Of a stretch of DNA of 64,000 bases, positions 28,304 to 37,418 are shown piece by piece. The translations under genes were made by a program, and so were the position numbers. This stretch comes from Candidatus Kaiserbacteria bacterium RIFCSPHIGHO2_01_FULL_54_36 (lineage in GTDB: Bacteria > Patescibacteriota > Minisyncoccia > Phycocordibacterales > UBA2100): NCBI GenBank assembly GCA_001781105.1, contig MFKV01000028.1, positions 10,428 to 74,427 of the forward strand, written 5' to 3'. Each line of letters starts with the position of its first letter. Position 1 is the stretch's first letter. The notes under the pieces were generated by a model. That model was not told the origin of the DNA and did no database searches. It was given only the letters and a program-made list of their open reading frames with translations.

Positions 28304-29366
28304 CCGGGTAGGCTTCTTTGATTTCTTTTGCGAGGTATGGGTTCCACATGGCGCCGGTAGCGGTCATGACGAGGTCGGCGCCGGCGTCGCGGTACTCTTT
28401 GAAATCTTCTGGCACCGTGACTCCTCCGCTCCCTACGATCGCGTATTGCATGCCGAATTCTTTGCGCAGTGCGCTGAGGCGGCGTGTCATGTCGAGCCCT
28501 GCCCACTTCACCGCATGTCCGCAGATGCCGCTCTTTACGCGGTGTGCACCGGGAAGCGCTTGCGAGCCATCAGGGTTCACGACAGGCGCGGGGATGGTGT
28601 TGATGGCAGCAAACCCGTCCACGACGGTGCCGACTTCTTTTACTAATTCGCGCAATTCATTTTCTCCAAAATACGCGATTTTGATAAGAAGCTTGGTGTC
28701 GCCGATCTGATCTTTTATCGCGCTCGTGATGAGCCTTATTTTCGGCACATCGAAGCAAAGGAGCGATGCGGCGCCTTCGTTGGGGCAAGAAAAATTCGTC
28801 TCGACTATTTTGACGCCTGTGTCCTTGATCATTCTAGCGCCCTGTACCCAATCATTGACGTAGTCATCGTGTGAAAATCCTTCCCACTTGGTGCCTTCGA
28901 AGCTGCAAACGACGAGCTGCCCTGGCTTTGCGTAGGCGACGCAATCGCGCAGATCTTTCATCCAGATCTCTGGATCATACGATGGATTGCCGAATGAATT
29001 GGTTATCGAAAGTGGCTCTTTGTATTCGTTGCGCACCACGATCGGCTCGTTTGCCTTTTCGAGCGTGAGATCGCCTTCGATATCGGCGCCCAAGACGTTG
29101 GGCCATTCGTTGCTCGCGCGCACACGGCTGCGCACTGTCTTGTGTATCGGCACATTGAAACTCTTATCGAGCGCCGCTTTGACGAACTTTGCATTGAGAA
29201 GCGGCCCTGCGGGAATGCCGATCGGATACTCGAGTTTCTCACCCAAGAATTCAAACCGCGGTTCGCCGAGGGGCACGACGACGCCATCCTCAAAGCCATT
29301 GAAAGGGCCTTCCTCCCAATTTTCCGAGTAGGTCTTATTGGGGTCGAAAAAAGGCGCCTGGAGCAT
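28296..29366 (-). CDS. Dihydroorotate dehydrogenase-like flavoprotein
   Basis: NFSCPN, INTI, SGICG, GSGGV motifs; start reassigned to MLQAPFF. Confidence 0.75.
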   Translation of the reverse strand: MLQAPFFDPNKTYSENWEEGPFNGFEDGVVVPLGEPRFEFLGEKLEYPIGIPAGPLLNAKFVKAALDKSFNVPIHKTVRSRVRASNEWPNVLGADIEGDLTLEKANEPIVVRNEYKEPLSITNSFGNPSYDPEIWMKDLRDCVAYAKPGQLVVCSFEGTKWEGFSHDDYVNDWVQGARMIKDTGVKIVETNFSCPNEGAASLLCFDVPKIRLITSAIKDQIGDTKLLIKIAYFGENELRELVKEVGTVVDGFAAINTIPAPVVNPDGSQALPGAHRVKSGICGHAVKWAGLDMTRRLSALRKEFGMQYAIVGSGGVTVPEDFKEYRDAGADLVMTATGAMWNPYLAKEIKEAYPDA

Positions 29367-29373
29367 GCGCACA

Positions 29374-29413
29374 GTATACCCCATGAGATATATTCCTATC
29401 TCATGGGGTATAC
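29374..29413. mobile_element. Short copy of ACCCCRTKAGAWA family
   Basis: 17-bp perfect arms GTATACCCCATGAGATA / TATCTCATGGGGTATAC with 6-nt loop. Confidence 0.65.
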
Positions 29414-29421
29414 CCCCGTGC

Positions 29422-30033
29422 CTACAAAAATTCGACTCTATTGCGACCTTTCGCCTTTGCCGAATGCATGAGAGCATCGTCCGCGCGTTTAATGGCGCTC
29501 TCGAAGGTGTCCTCCTCATTGACCAACGTCACGCCAAAACTCATGGTGAGTGAGGTATTTTCAATTGCAATGCCGAGTTCTTCGATGTCCTTCCGCAGAC
29601 TTTCTGCTATTCTCACAATTTGATCCTTGTCGCCGTCGATGATGCAGATGGCGAATTCTTCTCCTCCCCATCTCCCAACCAAGTCTTGAGGTCGTAGGTT
29701 CGTGCGTAGCGTCGAAGCAACCTTTTGCAGAGCTTTATCGCCCGCCGTATGGCCCTGAGTATCATTGAGCACCTTGAAGTGATCGATATCGCACATCATG
29801 ATCCCGATCTGCTTTTCTGGATCGCTAGCACGTCCACCTATTCGCATGCCTTCAATAATGTCGCTGGCTCGCTTCTCGAACTCGCGGCGGTTTGAGAGGC
29901 CAGTCAGCGCATCGCTGGTTGCCAGCTGTTCAAACTCTTTTGCCTTGCGGTACGTCGCCTCACGCGCATCAAGCTTTTGCTTTTTTGCCTCCTGCGCATC
30001 AAGCGATGCAGGACGATGGGATCCTTCTACCAT
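29422..30033 (-). CDS. Diguanylate cyclase (stand-alone GGDEF domain)
   Basis: DALTGLSNRR, DIDHFK, GHTAGD, RPQD I-site, RWGGEEF. Confidence 0.93.
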   Translation of the reverse strand: MVEGSHRPASLDAQEAKKQKLDAREATYRKAKEFEQLATSDALTGLSNRREFEKRASDIIEGMRIGGRASDPEKQIGIMMCDIDHFKVLNDTQGHTAGDKALQKVASTLRTNLRPQDLVGRWGGEEFAICIIDGDKDQIVRIAESLRKDIEELGIAIENTSLTMSFGVTLVNEEDTFESAIKRADDALMHSAKAKGRNRVEFL

Positions 30034-30092
30034 CTTGCAAGTATACCCCTTACCGCCGTTAGCAAAGGCGGCAAGGGGTATCGCCTTACGCG

Positions 30093-30236
30093 TTATTGAT
30101 CCTTGTTCTTATCGAAGTCCGATTGCTCTTTCTCCTTCGTCCGATCCGCCTGAGCGTTGGTGTCTTTGCTCTTCATGTCCTTGTCCTGCTCAGTGTCCTT
30201 CGTAGCGGTGCTGCTTGAGTCATGTTCTTGGTTCAT
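30093..30236 (-). CDS. 47-aa hydrophilic small protein
   Basis: Manual translation MNQEHDSSSTATKDTEQDKDMKSKDTNAQADRTKEKEQSDFDKNKDQ; fills an intergenic gap. Confidence 0.5.
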   Translation of the reverse strand: MNQEHDSSSTATKDTEQDKDMKSKDTNAQADRTKEKEQSDFDKNKDQ

Positions 30237-30335
30237 ATTAGTTTGTGTGAGTTGAGTTTTGTAATAGGCCTCTATCGACCGATAGTGGTATGTATACCGA
30301 AGGACTCATGAAGAACCCCTGAAATTGTCTCCCGC

Positions 30336-30605
30336 TTATTTTTTTGCCTTGAATCGCCTACCGATATTCTTGAAAAAACGGCCGATGAATTTGAGGCCGA
30401 AGCCCTCGCGGCGCACATTTGCTCGCAGCTCTGAAATATCTTTGCGCACGAGCGTTCCCTCTTCGGAGACCATATCGGAGATCTCCTCGACTTTCCCCAA
30501 GATGCGCCATACGCGTACAAGAACGAACGTAACGCCAATACCGAGCAAGACAACTGCAATAGTTGTAACTAAAAAAAAGATGTCCATCTTCGCAAAATCA
30601 TTCAT
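30336..30605 (-). CDS. Small membrane protein with coiled-coil tail
   Basis: MDIFFLVTTIAVV TM then amphipathic helix. Confidence 0.7.
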   Translation of the reverse strand: MNDFAKMDIFFLVTTIAVVLLGIGVTFVLVRVWRILGKVEEISDMVSEEGTLVRKDISELRANVRREGFGLKFIGRFFKNIGRRFKAKK

Positions 30606-30656
30606 ACGCGCAGCCTCTGTATATGTCGTTACAGAATAGCAATACTTTCACAAGCA

Positions 30657-30827
30657 TTATTTCATCTTGACCCCCTTGAAGGCTCGGCCACGCTTTGCCA
30701 TCTGGTCCATAAAGCGTCCGGTCTTCTTGTTGACCTTCGTCCAGCGCTTATTGCGGCCGGAGAGGACTTGCGTGCGACTCTTTACCTCGCCCTTTCGCCC
30801 ATGCCCTTTTCGTGCGTTCTTTGCCAT
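30657..30827 (-). CDS. 56-aa basic small protein
   Basis: Manual translation MAKNARKGHGRKGEVKSRTQVLSGRNKRWTKVNKKTGRFMDQMAKRGRAFKGVKMK; TACAAT just upstream of ATG. Confidence 0.7.
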   Translation of the reverse strand: MAKNARKGHGRKGEVKSRTQVLSGRNKRWTKVNKKTGRFMDQMAKRGRAFKGVKMK

Positions 30828-30864
30828 ACATCAATTGTACCGCGTGCCCAAAAAAAGCAACTGA

Positions 30865-31425
30865 CTATCCTCCGATCTGCCACTTCGAGATGAATTCGAG
30901 TGGATAGATAAGATTGATGACATTGAGCGCCAGGTTGTCGCGGATCATATAGAGTACAAAGAGCTCGAGGCCTACTCCCAGCGCGATCGTGCTCCACAGA
31001 GGCGCTCTCCACGCGAGCACGAAGCCCAATAGCATCGCAAACGTGTCGGAGAGCGAATTGAGGATGCTATCGCCTATGTAGCCCTGCGCGAGCGCTTGCT
31101 GCCTGTAGTGATCAATAACGACCGGCGTATTCTCGACTATCTCCCACGCGATCTCAATACCTAGGGCAAGCAAGAGCCGCATCCCCACAGAGAGGCGCGG
31201 GAAGAAGTACCACAAGCCCAGGTAAAAGAGGAGACCATGGATAATGTGCGAGAAGGTATACCAGTCCATCAAGTGCTGTGAATTGCCGCTGCTCAGTACG
31301 ACTCCTTCCCAGAGCTTCACATATCCACACGTGCATATCGTCGGCTGGCCCATCAAGTAGAGCACCAGCGCTTGTGCGGCTATGAGCAGCGCCCCGACCC
31401 ACATATCCCGTCTGGATAATTGCAT
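30865..31425 (-). CDS. DUF2585 (UPF0314) membrane protein
   Basis: ICTCGYVKLW, SQHLMDWYTFSHIIHG, WEIVEN, GDSILNS, IRDNL motifs. Confidence 0.9.
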   Translation of the reverse strand: MQLSRRDMWVGALLIAAQALVLYLMGQPTICTCGYVKLWEGVVLSSGNSQHLMDWYTFSHIIHGLLFYLGLWYFFPRLSVGMRLLLALGIEIAWEIVENTPVVIDHYRQQALAQGYIGDSILNSLSDTFAMLLGFVLAWRAPLWSTIALGVGLELFVLYMIRDNLALNVINLIYPLEFISKWQIGG

Positions 31426-31475
31426 GCAACGTATTCTATCTTATAATTTAAAGACTATTCGCTAACAATCTTCTC

Positions 31476-31808
31476 ATGGATCAACCATCAGGCATTCCGA
31501 GCCCTCATAAGAATACGCTCATGGCGGTGCTCGCGTACTTAGGGATTCTCGTCGTTATCCCGCTTATCGTCGCCAAAGGCGATCCGTTCGTGAAATTCCA
31601 CATCAAGCAGGGGCTCGTGCTTGTGATCATCGAGCTCGCGATGTGGGCACTCGCAATGACGATGCTTGGCTGGCAGCTGATGCCGCTCGTCCAGATCGTC
31701 AATCTCGGGGTCTTGATCTTGGCTGTTATCGGCATCGTGAACGCTGTACAGGGCAAGGAGAAAGAGCTGCCATTGGTCGGGTCATTCGCCAGGAATTTCA
31801 ACTTTTAA
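31476..31808 (+). CDS. DUF4870-like membrane protein
   Basis: AVLAYLG, FVKFHIKQG, LPLVG; three TM helices. Confidence 0.8.
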   Translation: MDQPSGIPSPHKNTLMAVLAYLGILVVIPLIVAKGDPFVKFHIKQGLVLVIIELAMWALAMTMLGWQLMPLVQIVNLGVLILAVIGIVNAVQGKEKELPLVGSFARNFNF

Positions 31809-32335
31809 TCGAAGAATATTGCGACCGACCGCAATTCGGTTCTCGCTTTCTGATAGGCTGGTATCGTACGCGCAACCAAGTCCCAGAATCGCTGCGAGTG
31901 GTTCATTTCGCGCAAGTGACACAATTCATGGACGATGATGTATTCGGCAAGAGGCTGAGAAAGTGCCGCGATTTTGTAATTGAAGCTCAGATCGCCATTG
32001 CGCGAGCATGATCCCCAGCGCGTCTTTTGCGCGCGGATGGTTATCTTGTTGTACGAGAGGCCGTATATTCTCGAGAAATGCTCGCAGCGGGCGCTCGCGA
32101 GCGCGAGCGCCCGCTGCTTAAGCCTCGGTATGCTCCCCCGAGGCACCCTGAGCGCAGTTCGCGTGTGCGCCTTCTCGACGTGCCTTTGGATCCAGGAAGA
32201 ATGCTTGGCGACGAAGCGCTCTATTGCGCCTTGCCCAAAGAGTCTTGGCGTCGTGACCACCACACGCGCATCAGGGTACACTGCGAGCCGCATCGTGCGC
32301 GCTCGTGCACTCACTCGGAGCGTGTAGCCGCCCAT
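31805..32335 (-). CDS. YgjP/DUF45-like metal-dependent hydrolase
   Basis: QKTRWGSCS, YIIVHELCHL, NHSQRFW; start uncertain. Confidence 0.88.
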   Translation of the reverse strand: MGGYTLRVSARARTMRLAVYPDARVVVTTPRLFGQGAIERFVAKHSSWIQRHVEKAHTRTALRVPRGSIPRLKQRALALASARCEHFSRIYGLSYNKITIRAQKTRWGSCSRNGDLSFNYKIAALSQPLAEYIIVHELCHLREMNHSQRFWDLVARTIPAYQKARTELRSVAIFFD

Positions 32336-32343
32336 GATCTTCT

Positions 32344-32607
32344 CTAGCGCGCGTGCACTCTGTTCCACACTTCTGCGATGATATAGCCGACGCAATACCC
32401 CACGAGCGTCGCGATGATAATGACAGTCGCTGCCGCCCCTGCATCAAACGGCCCGACGACCACAGCAAAGTGAGCCATGTGCGCCCACATAGAGAAATCG
32501 ATCAGTGGCTGGGCCCATCCCAAGAGTATGAGCAGCGACCACAGAACGTGCCATCCCCCGAGTACTACCGCGCCAACGGTTCCTACTTTTTTTGCGTTTA
32601 CATGCAT
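32344..32607 (-). CDS. Small two-TM membrane protein
   Basis: GGWHVLWSLL...WAHM; start reassigned to MHVNAKK. Confidence 0.7.
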   Translation of the reverse strand: MHVNAKKVGTVGAVVLGGWHVLWSLLILLGWAQPLIDFSMWAHMAHFAVVVGPFDAGAAATVIIIATLVGYCVGYIIAEVWNRVHAR

Positions 32608-32688
32608 ACGAATTGTGTGAGCTTCTAATGGGATAAGTATATCCCCAAAAGACGGCACGGCTACGAGCGATTTGCGTGATGCCCGACT

Positions 32689-33648
32689 TTACAGCCACTG
32701 CCCGATGCCCGCAGAGCAAGCAGCATCGAGTGCCGCCGTGTCGTCGGCGCTCAAGACAAGCGTGTCGCTTCGGTTGATCTCATACATGATCGCTTCCGGA
32801 TCTGCCACATGCCCGATGCCGAATGCATGGCCGAACTCGTGCGCGAGTACGCGTACGAGCTCGGTGCGACTCGAATACTCATAGATATCGATCCGCTGCT
32901 CCCCTGCACGGCTTTCGTACGTCCCTTCTTCAAATTCCTTCCCCGCTGACGCTCCGGCCTGATTGTATTTCTCGACGTTGAGATTGAGCTCTGCAATGAG
33001 CTTATTGAGCGACGCTCCGAGCGCGTTTAGGGTATCGATATCGGCATTCACTTTCGCCTGCGCCGCTTTGATCGCTTGTACCTGTCCTTGGAGCGCGGCT
33101 TTCTCTTCCTGCAGACGATCATAGGTCGCAGGTGGCGCACCACCTTTGCGATTCCATTTCTCCACCTCCGCATTGTATGCAGCTTCGCGCGCTTCATAGG
33201 TAGCAATGTTTTTCTGGAGCGCCGCTTTCTCCGCACTGATGCTTCTTTCCATTCTCTCGTATTGCGCCTTGAGGGATTCGTACGACGAGAGGCTCCTTGT
33301 GATCTGTATGCCAGAGGCTTTCATCTTGTCGGTCGCTTGCTGGCGATAGTCATAGACAAGGTTGACGGTAACGGCTCCGCCCGAGGCTGCGTATGCAAAG
33401 AGGTCTCTGCCGGATGGCTGCTCCCAAATAGTTTCCGCTTCTTTGAGGCGCGCGATGAGCGTGCTCGTCCCCATGCCGAATTGTGGATCTATCGCGCCGA
33501 GGCTATAGGTAATGGGGCTGCGGCACGGCAAGAATTTCGCTTCGATCTGCCGCGCCGCGACCATCACCTCTGTTTGGTGCAAGTAGCCAAAATATGCCGC
33601 CCCTCCGAGCAGCAACGCCCAAATGAGAAAATCTATCGCTCGCCGCAT
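32689..33648 (-). CDS. Matrixin (M10-like) metalloprotease with coiled-coil insert
   Basis: HEFGHAFGIGH zinc motif and AIMY Met-turn; N-terminal TM. Confidence 0.88.
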   Translation of the reverse strand: MRRAIDFLIWALLLGGAAYFGYLHQTEVMVAARQIEAKFLPCRSPITYSLGAIDPQFGMGTSTLIARLKEAETIWEQPSGRDLFAYAASGGAVTVNLVYDYRQQATDKMKASGIQITRSLSSYESLKAQYERMERSISAEKAALQKNIATYEAREAAYNAEVEKWNRKGGAPPATYDRLQEEKAALQGQVQAIKAAQAKVNADIDTLNALGASLNKLIAELNLNVEKYNQAGASAGKEFEEGTYESRAGEQRIDIYEYSSRTELVRVLAHEFGHAFGIGHVADPEAIMYEINRSDTLVLSADDTAALDAACSAGIGQWL

Positions 33649-33667
33649 CCGATATAGTGTATCAAAC

Positions 33668-33790
33668 TTACTTTCTCACCTGTTGCTTTTGCTTCTCGAT
33701 CTTTTTGATCCCGCGGTTTTTGTGCACCGGCTGCAGCCGTGCGGCCTGCCAGCGCATTGTCCCCGTACCTTTTTTGATGGGGTTTTTCAT
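33668..33790 (-). CDS. Possible 40-aa basic small protein
   Basis: Manual translation MKNPIKKGTGTMRWQAARLQPVHKNRGIKKIEKQKQQVRK. Confidence 0.35.
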   Translation of the reverse strand: MKNPIKKGTGTMRWQAARLQPVHKNRGIKKIEKQKQQVRK

Positions 33791-33840
33791 GCCGTATCAG
33801 TCTATAGACTGTGCATGTATCGGCCATGAACTCTGAAATC

Positions 33841-34278
33841 CTACGCCAATATTTTTTCAAGTTTGGTGAAGCTCGAAGACCAGCCCTGCTCGTGCATCTG
33901 CTTAGACTTTTCACCGGCAAGGCGCTCATGGGTCATCGTCATCTCGGTCTTACTGCCCATAGCCTTGAATTCTACCGTTACCACCGTCTCTGCGTTCATC
34001 TCCGCGCCACCGTCGCCTTCCCACTGCCAGGTAAAGACTAACTTTTTCGGGCGTTCTACCGTAATGAATTTGCCTTTGAGCGGATGCATTTCCCCGTCGG
34101 GAGAATGCATCGTCAGGCGGTAGACACCTCCCGGTGTGGCACAGTATTCGTGAATATCGTTGGTAAATCCTTCGGGCCCGTACCATTTCGCTACCTGTAC
34201 CGGATCAATCCACGCATCGAACACATTCTCAGGCGTGGCATCAAACGTGCGCTCTATAACCAATGTTGCGTCTGCCAT
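33841..34278 (-). CDS. SRPBCC/AHSA1 domain protein
   Basis: IERTFDATPENVFDAW, LVFTW, GWSSSF; follows ArsR gene. Confidence 0.9.
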   Translation of the reverse strand: MADATLVIERTFDATPENVFDAWIDPVQVAKWYGPEGFTNDIHEYCATPGGVYRLTMHSPDGEMHPLKGKFITVERPKKLVFTWQWEGDGGAEMNAETVVTVEFKAMGSKTEMTMTHERLAGEKSKQMHEQGWSSSFTKLEKILA

Positions 34279-34279
34279 A

Positions 34280-34615
34280 CTATTGTTTCTTTTTACTCTT
34301 TGTAATGTGTCTCCCCAGGCGATCAAAGCTCCCCTGCCAAAAGGCTGCCTGTGATGTGAGCCAGGTGCTGTATTCCCTGAACGCCTTTTGGTTGAGTACA
34401 CAGATGCGCACGCGTCCGCGCTTGTGCGAGGAAATGATGCCCACATCCTCAAGAATGCGCGCGTGCTTCAGCGCTGCCGGAAGCGAGATTGCAAACGGTT
34501 CGGCCATTTTCGAAAGCGACATAGCGCCGCCATGGTGCAGCCGCTCGACCATGCGCCGCCTCACCGACTGGCACACCTCCTCCCATCCGCGCTCCACATC
34601 CCTATACTTAACCAT
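34280..34615 (-). CDS. ArsR/SmtB family regulator
   Basis: PFAISLPAALKHARILEDVGII...KRGRVR winged helix. Confidence 0.85.
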   Translation of the reverse strand: MVKYRDVERGWEEVCQSVRRRMVERLHHGGAMSLSKMAEPFAISLPAALKHARILEDVGIISSHKRGRVRICVLNQKAFREYSTWLTSQAAFWQGSFDRLGRHITKSKKKQ

Positions 34616-34632
34616 GGGTTAAGTATAGGGAT
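34598..34632. promoter_or_regulatory. Probable ArsR operator centred on its start codon
   Basis: Perfect 16-bp arms ATCCCTATACTTAACC-ATG-GGTTAAGTATAGGGAT. Confidence 0.7.
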
Positions 34633-34689
34633 ACAGGGATGAACGTCAAGTGAAGATTCGGGAATAGAGTTATCCCGACCACGTATTTT

Positions 34690-35160
34690 CTATCGGATAC
34701 TGAGGATCACTACTGGCTCTACCGGGCGATCGGAGCCAGTGGTCTCCACGTCTTGAATAGCGTTCACGACGTCCATGCCTTGTATAACTTTGCCGAAGAC
34801 CGTGTGCTTGGCATCGAGGAAATTGTTGGGGGCGGTGTTGATGAAAAATTGGCTTCCATTGGTATTGGGCCCGGAATTCGCCATCGCTATCGTGCCGACG
34901 TCATTTCTGTTCTGCCCATGTATCTCGTCTTCAAATTTATACCCAGGGCCACCTGTCCCCCACCTGGCCATAAGTGCATCGTCTTTGGTCTGCGGATCGC
35001 CGCCCTGGATCATAAAGCCCTTGATGACGCGGTGGAATTTGGTGCCGTCATAAAATCCCTCTTTCGCGAGCTTCACAAAGTTCTCGGTAGTCTTCGGCGC
35101 ATCAGCAACCATCAGCTCCAGCTCAATATCTCCCTTATTTGTTTTCAAAGTAATTTGCAT
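34690..35160 (-). CDS. Cyclophilin-type peptidyl-prolyl isomerase
   Basis: FHRVIKGFMIQGGDP, AMANSGPNTNGSQFFI, HTVFG. Confidence 0.96.
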   Translation of the reverse strand: MQITLKTNKGDIELELMVADAPKTTENFVKLAKEGFYDGTKFHRVIKGFMIQGGDPQTKDDALMARWGTGGPGYKFEDEIHGQNRNDVGTIAMANSGPNTNGSQFFINTAPNNFLDAKHTVFGKVIQGMDVVNAIQDVETTGSDRPVEPVVILSIR

Positions 35161-35180
35161 CGGGGCAGTATATCAAACCG

Positions 35181-35202
35181 AAACCCCCGCGAGCGGGGGT
35201 TT
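35181..35202. terminator. Intrinsic terminator-like hairpin
   Basis: AAACCCCCGC-GA-GCGGGGGTTT downstream of the 38-aa ORF. Confidence 0.6.
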
Positions 35203-35221
35203 GCCTGGACTATTTGTTGAA

Positions 35222-35338
35222 CTATTCGGCTTTCGGTGTGGCCGCTGGGGCTGCCGCAGGTGTTTCCACCTTTGGCTCGACCACTGGCGTTACGGGTGTC
35301 GTAGCGACAGGAGCAGCCGGAGTTGTGTCGTTTGTCAT
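35222..35338 (-). CDS. 38-aa Pro/Ala/Thr-rich small protein
   Basis: Manual translation MTNDTTPAAPVATTPVTPVVEPKVETPAAAPAATPKAE; has its own terminator. Confidence 0.5.
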   Translation of the reverse strand: MTNDTTPAAPVATTPVTPVVEPKVETPAAAPAATPKAE

Positions 35339-35537
35339 ATTCGTAGTGAGAAATTAGGCTTACAATAGGATAGAGCGGCTTGTAACCTCGACGCGTGCCT
35401 AAGCACAGCTAATTACCGATCCCACACACTCTACCACGAATTTCGCATTTTCTCAAGAGAATCACGTGCTACTCTCTACGTCTCTACGTATTTTTTGAAA
35501 TTGTCTGCAATTGCTTACCAGCCACTGCCAGTTGCTT

Positions 35538-35966
35538 CTATCGCATCAAGTCGCCGCAGGCGACGTACACGCTCACCTCTTCGGCAGATTTGTGGACGTT
35601 CAGCGCAAGCGGCAGCTGCGCGAGGATAGCATCGAGCGAGACATTGAGCGTCGTTGCAGACACGCCATTGACCGGAAACTCAAGCGGATAGACGACTCCT
35701 CCGATAGTCGCGCACGACCCCGTGTGAATGTGCGCCGGCTGCACGATACCTGCCGGGGCACCCGTGAGCGCAAGCTCGACGAGTGTGCTTCCGCCCATCG
35801 AGGTCAAAGTGGCTGTGCCGTTCATGCCCGAATCGTTCTGCGCGCTCAAAGCTACGACGACGGGCTCCGAAGCCTCCGAAGCGGGCTCGGCCCCTTGATT
35901 CATGTACCAATAAATTCCTCCGACCACGAGAATTGCAACAACGATCCACATTAGCTTATTTTGCAT
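35538..35966 (-). CDS. Secreted CHRD-like domain protein
   Basis: TM anchor, QPAHIHTGSC, NVHKS, YVACGD. Confidence 0.7.
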   Translation of the reverse strand: MQNKLMWIVVAILVVGGIYWYMNQGAEPASEASEPVVVALSAQNDSGMNGTATLTSMGGSTLVELALTGAPAGIVQPAHIHTGSCATIGGVVYPLEFPVNGVSATTLNVSLDAILAQLPLALNVHKSAEEVSVYVACGDLMR

Positions 35967-36119
35967 ACTATGCGTGTATAAATCGTACTAATTATTTTAT
36001 TCGACGCGTTCACTGTAGCACGCACCTCCCCTAGAGAGCGAGCCGATCCGCCCCCGCAACCCATACAATGAATTCCGCTCCATTCTGGTCCCTGACCCAA
36101 TTCTCTTTGAGCGCAGATA

Positions 36120-36146
36120 GAAAGACCGCCTCTGCGGCGGTCTTTC
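36120..36146. terminator. Intrinsic terminator-like hairpin
   Basis: GAAAGACCGCC-TCTGC-GGCGGTCTTTC. Confidence 0.6.
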
Positions 36147-36167
36147 TTCAAACAGCAGTCGGGAGAT

Positions 36168-36653
36168 TTAGTTCCCGTATCCGTTGGGTGTCGCACGCGC
36201 AAACCAATAGTGCGAACCCGCGTCAGTGCCCTGATCCATGAGGACCTCGAACTGGCCCCAGATGCAGTAGCCGCCGTCGGGAAGCGTTGCAAAGTCGGTG
36301 CACGCGCCGATCCACTTGATCTTGTAGTGCCATACCGAGCCCGAACCGCCCTTCTTGCCGTTCCACTCGTTGTCTATCCACGCGTCATAGGGTGGATTCA
36401 ACCAGCCTTCATCGTTGCCGCGATCCCACTCCGCATTCCACTTCATCACGATCTTATCGTTCGCATAGGTCGTGTCGCCGAAGTATGTGCCGTCTAGATT
36501 GCGGTCGATGCCGTCGGCAAGGCCGTTGAAAATACGCGCCGTCTCGTTGTATCCATACTGGTCGAAGCCGGCGGCAGAAACGGCCGTGGCGCCGAGCAAT
36601 GTCATCCCAAGGACCGCCGCGGCGAGCCAGGAATTTTTTATAGTTAGATTCAT
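36168..36653 (-). CDS. Secreted Trp/Gly/Asp-rich hypothetical protein
   Basis: Signal peptide then FDQYGYN..ARIFNG; 161 aa. Confidence 0.75.
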   Translation of the reverse strand: MNLTIKNSWLAAAVLGMTLLGATAVSAAGFDQYGYNETARIFNGLADGIDRNLDGTYFGDTTYANDKIVMKWNAEWDRGNDEGWLNPPYDAWIDNEWNGKKGGSGSVWHYKIKWIGACTDFATLPDGGYCIWGQFEVLMDQGTDAGSHYWFARATPNGYGN

Positions 36654-36740
36654 AGATTTTAAAGATTACTACTAATGAACAGATTGTACTCCGCCATACT
36701 ACAAGTTCAAGAATGTCGGGCAGTATATCAAATTCCGTTT

Positions 36741-37415
36741 CTATTGCCGCAAAACGAAGTTAATTATTTGCCATATCGGGCGAGCAATTTTTTCGATTGT
36801 AAGCGCAAAAGTCTCTGCAAAGTTAGGAACATTTGAGCTTGATTCTTCGACTTTTTCGCCTGTGGCTACAATAGCCTCTTGAATGAGAATACTGGTATTT
36901 GCCAGATTGTGAATTGTGGCATCGGGTATCGCATTTAATACGTCCGTTATGGGTACGATTCGTCCGACAGTAATATAAAAACTTCCCGTCCCGGTGAGGG
37001 TTGAAGTCTTTCTCAGTGGGTATTTATCGATATTTTCGATAAACCACGCTCGAGTTTGCCGCAAAGGCAAAATATACAACCTTTTTGTAGTTACAAAATA
37101 ATAATATAAATCATCTGCTTCACTATAGAGGAAACATCCGGGCGTTTGATGTTCTTCGTTACTAATCGTTTCAAAAAAGAAGTTTCCGGTCCGGTCATAT
37201 GTATCTCCTTTTACCTCGATAAGCCGTTCCATTCTTAATCCGTTGAGTTTGAATTTCCAAATCAGGTCTATATCTCTTTTTTGATATTCTATATTTTTCT
37301 CGACATTAAATATTTCTACCGTTTCAGCCATCGCTCTCATGTAACGGGTTACGGCAAAGACTGCATCATCAGCGATTGTAAACGAGTCAGCAATCTTATA
37401 CGTTCTAAGATCCAT
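36741..37415 (-). CDS. Putative PD-(D/E)XK nuclease
   Basis: YQKRDID...IEVKGD..NFFFE; low GC; follows MTase and nuclease. Confidence 0.65.
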   Translation of the reverse strand: MDLRTYKIADSFTIADDAVFAVTRYMRAMAETVEIFNVEKNIEYQKRDIDLIWKFKLNGLRMERLIEVKGDTYDRTGNFFFETISNEEHQTPGCFLYSEADDLYYYFVTTKRLYILPLRQTRAWFIENIDKYPLRKTSTLTGTGSFYITVGRIVPITDVLNAIPDATIHNLANTSILIQEAIVATGEKVEESSSNVPNFAETFALTIEKIARPIWQIINFVLRQ

Positions 37416-37418
37416 GGA

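Noticed and set aside
35370-35425. c-di-GMP-I riboswitch (GCCTAA...TTACCGAT resemblance)
   Set aside because: Lacks the GGCAAAC and GACGCAAA P2 elements and points away from the nearest gene.
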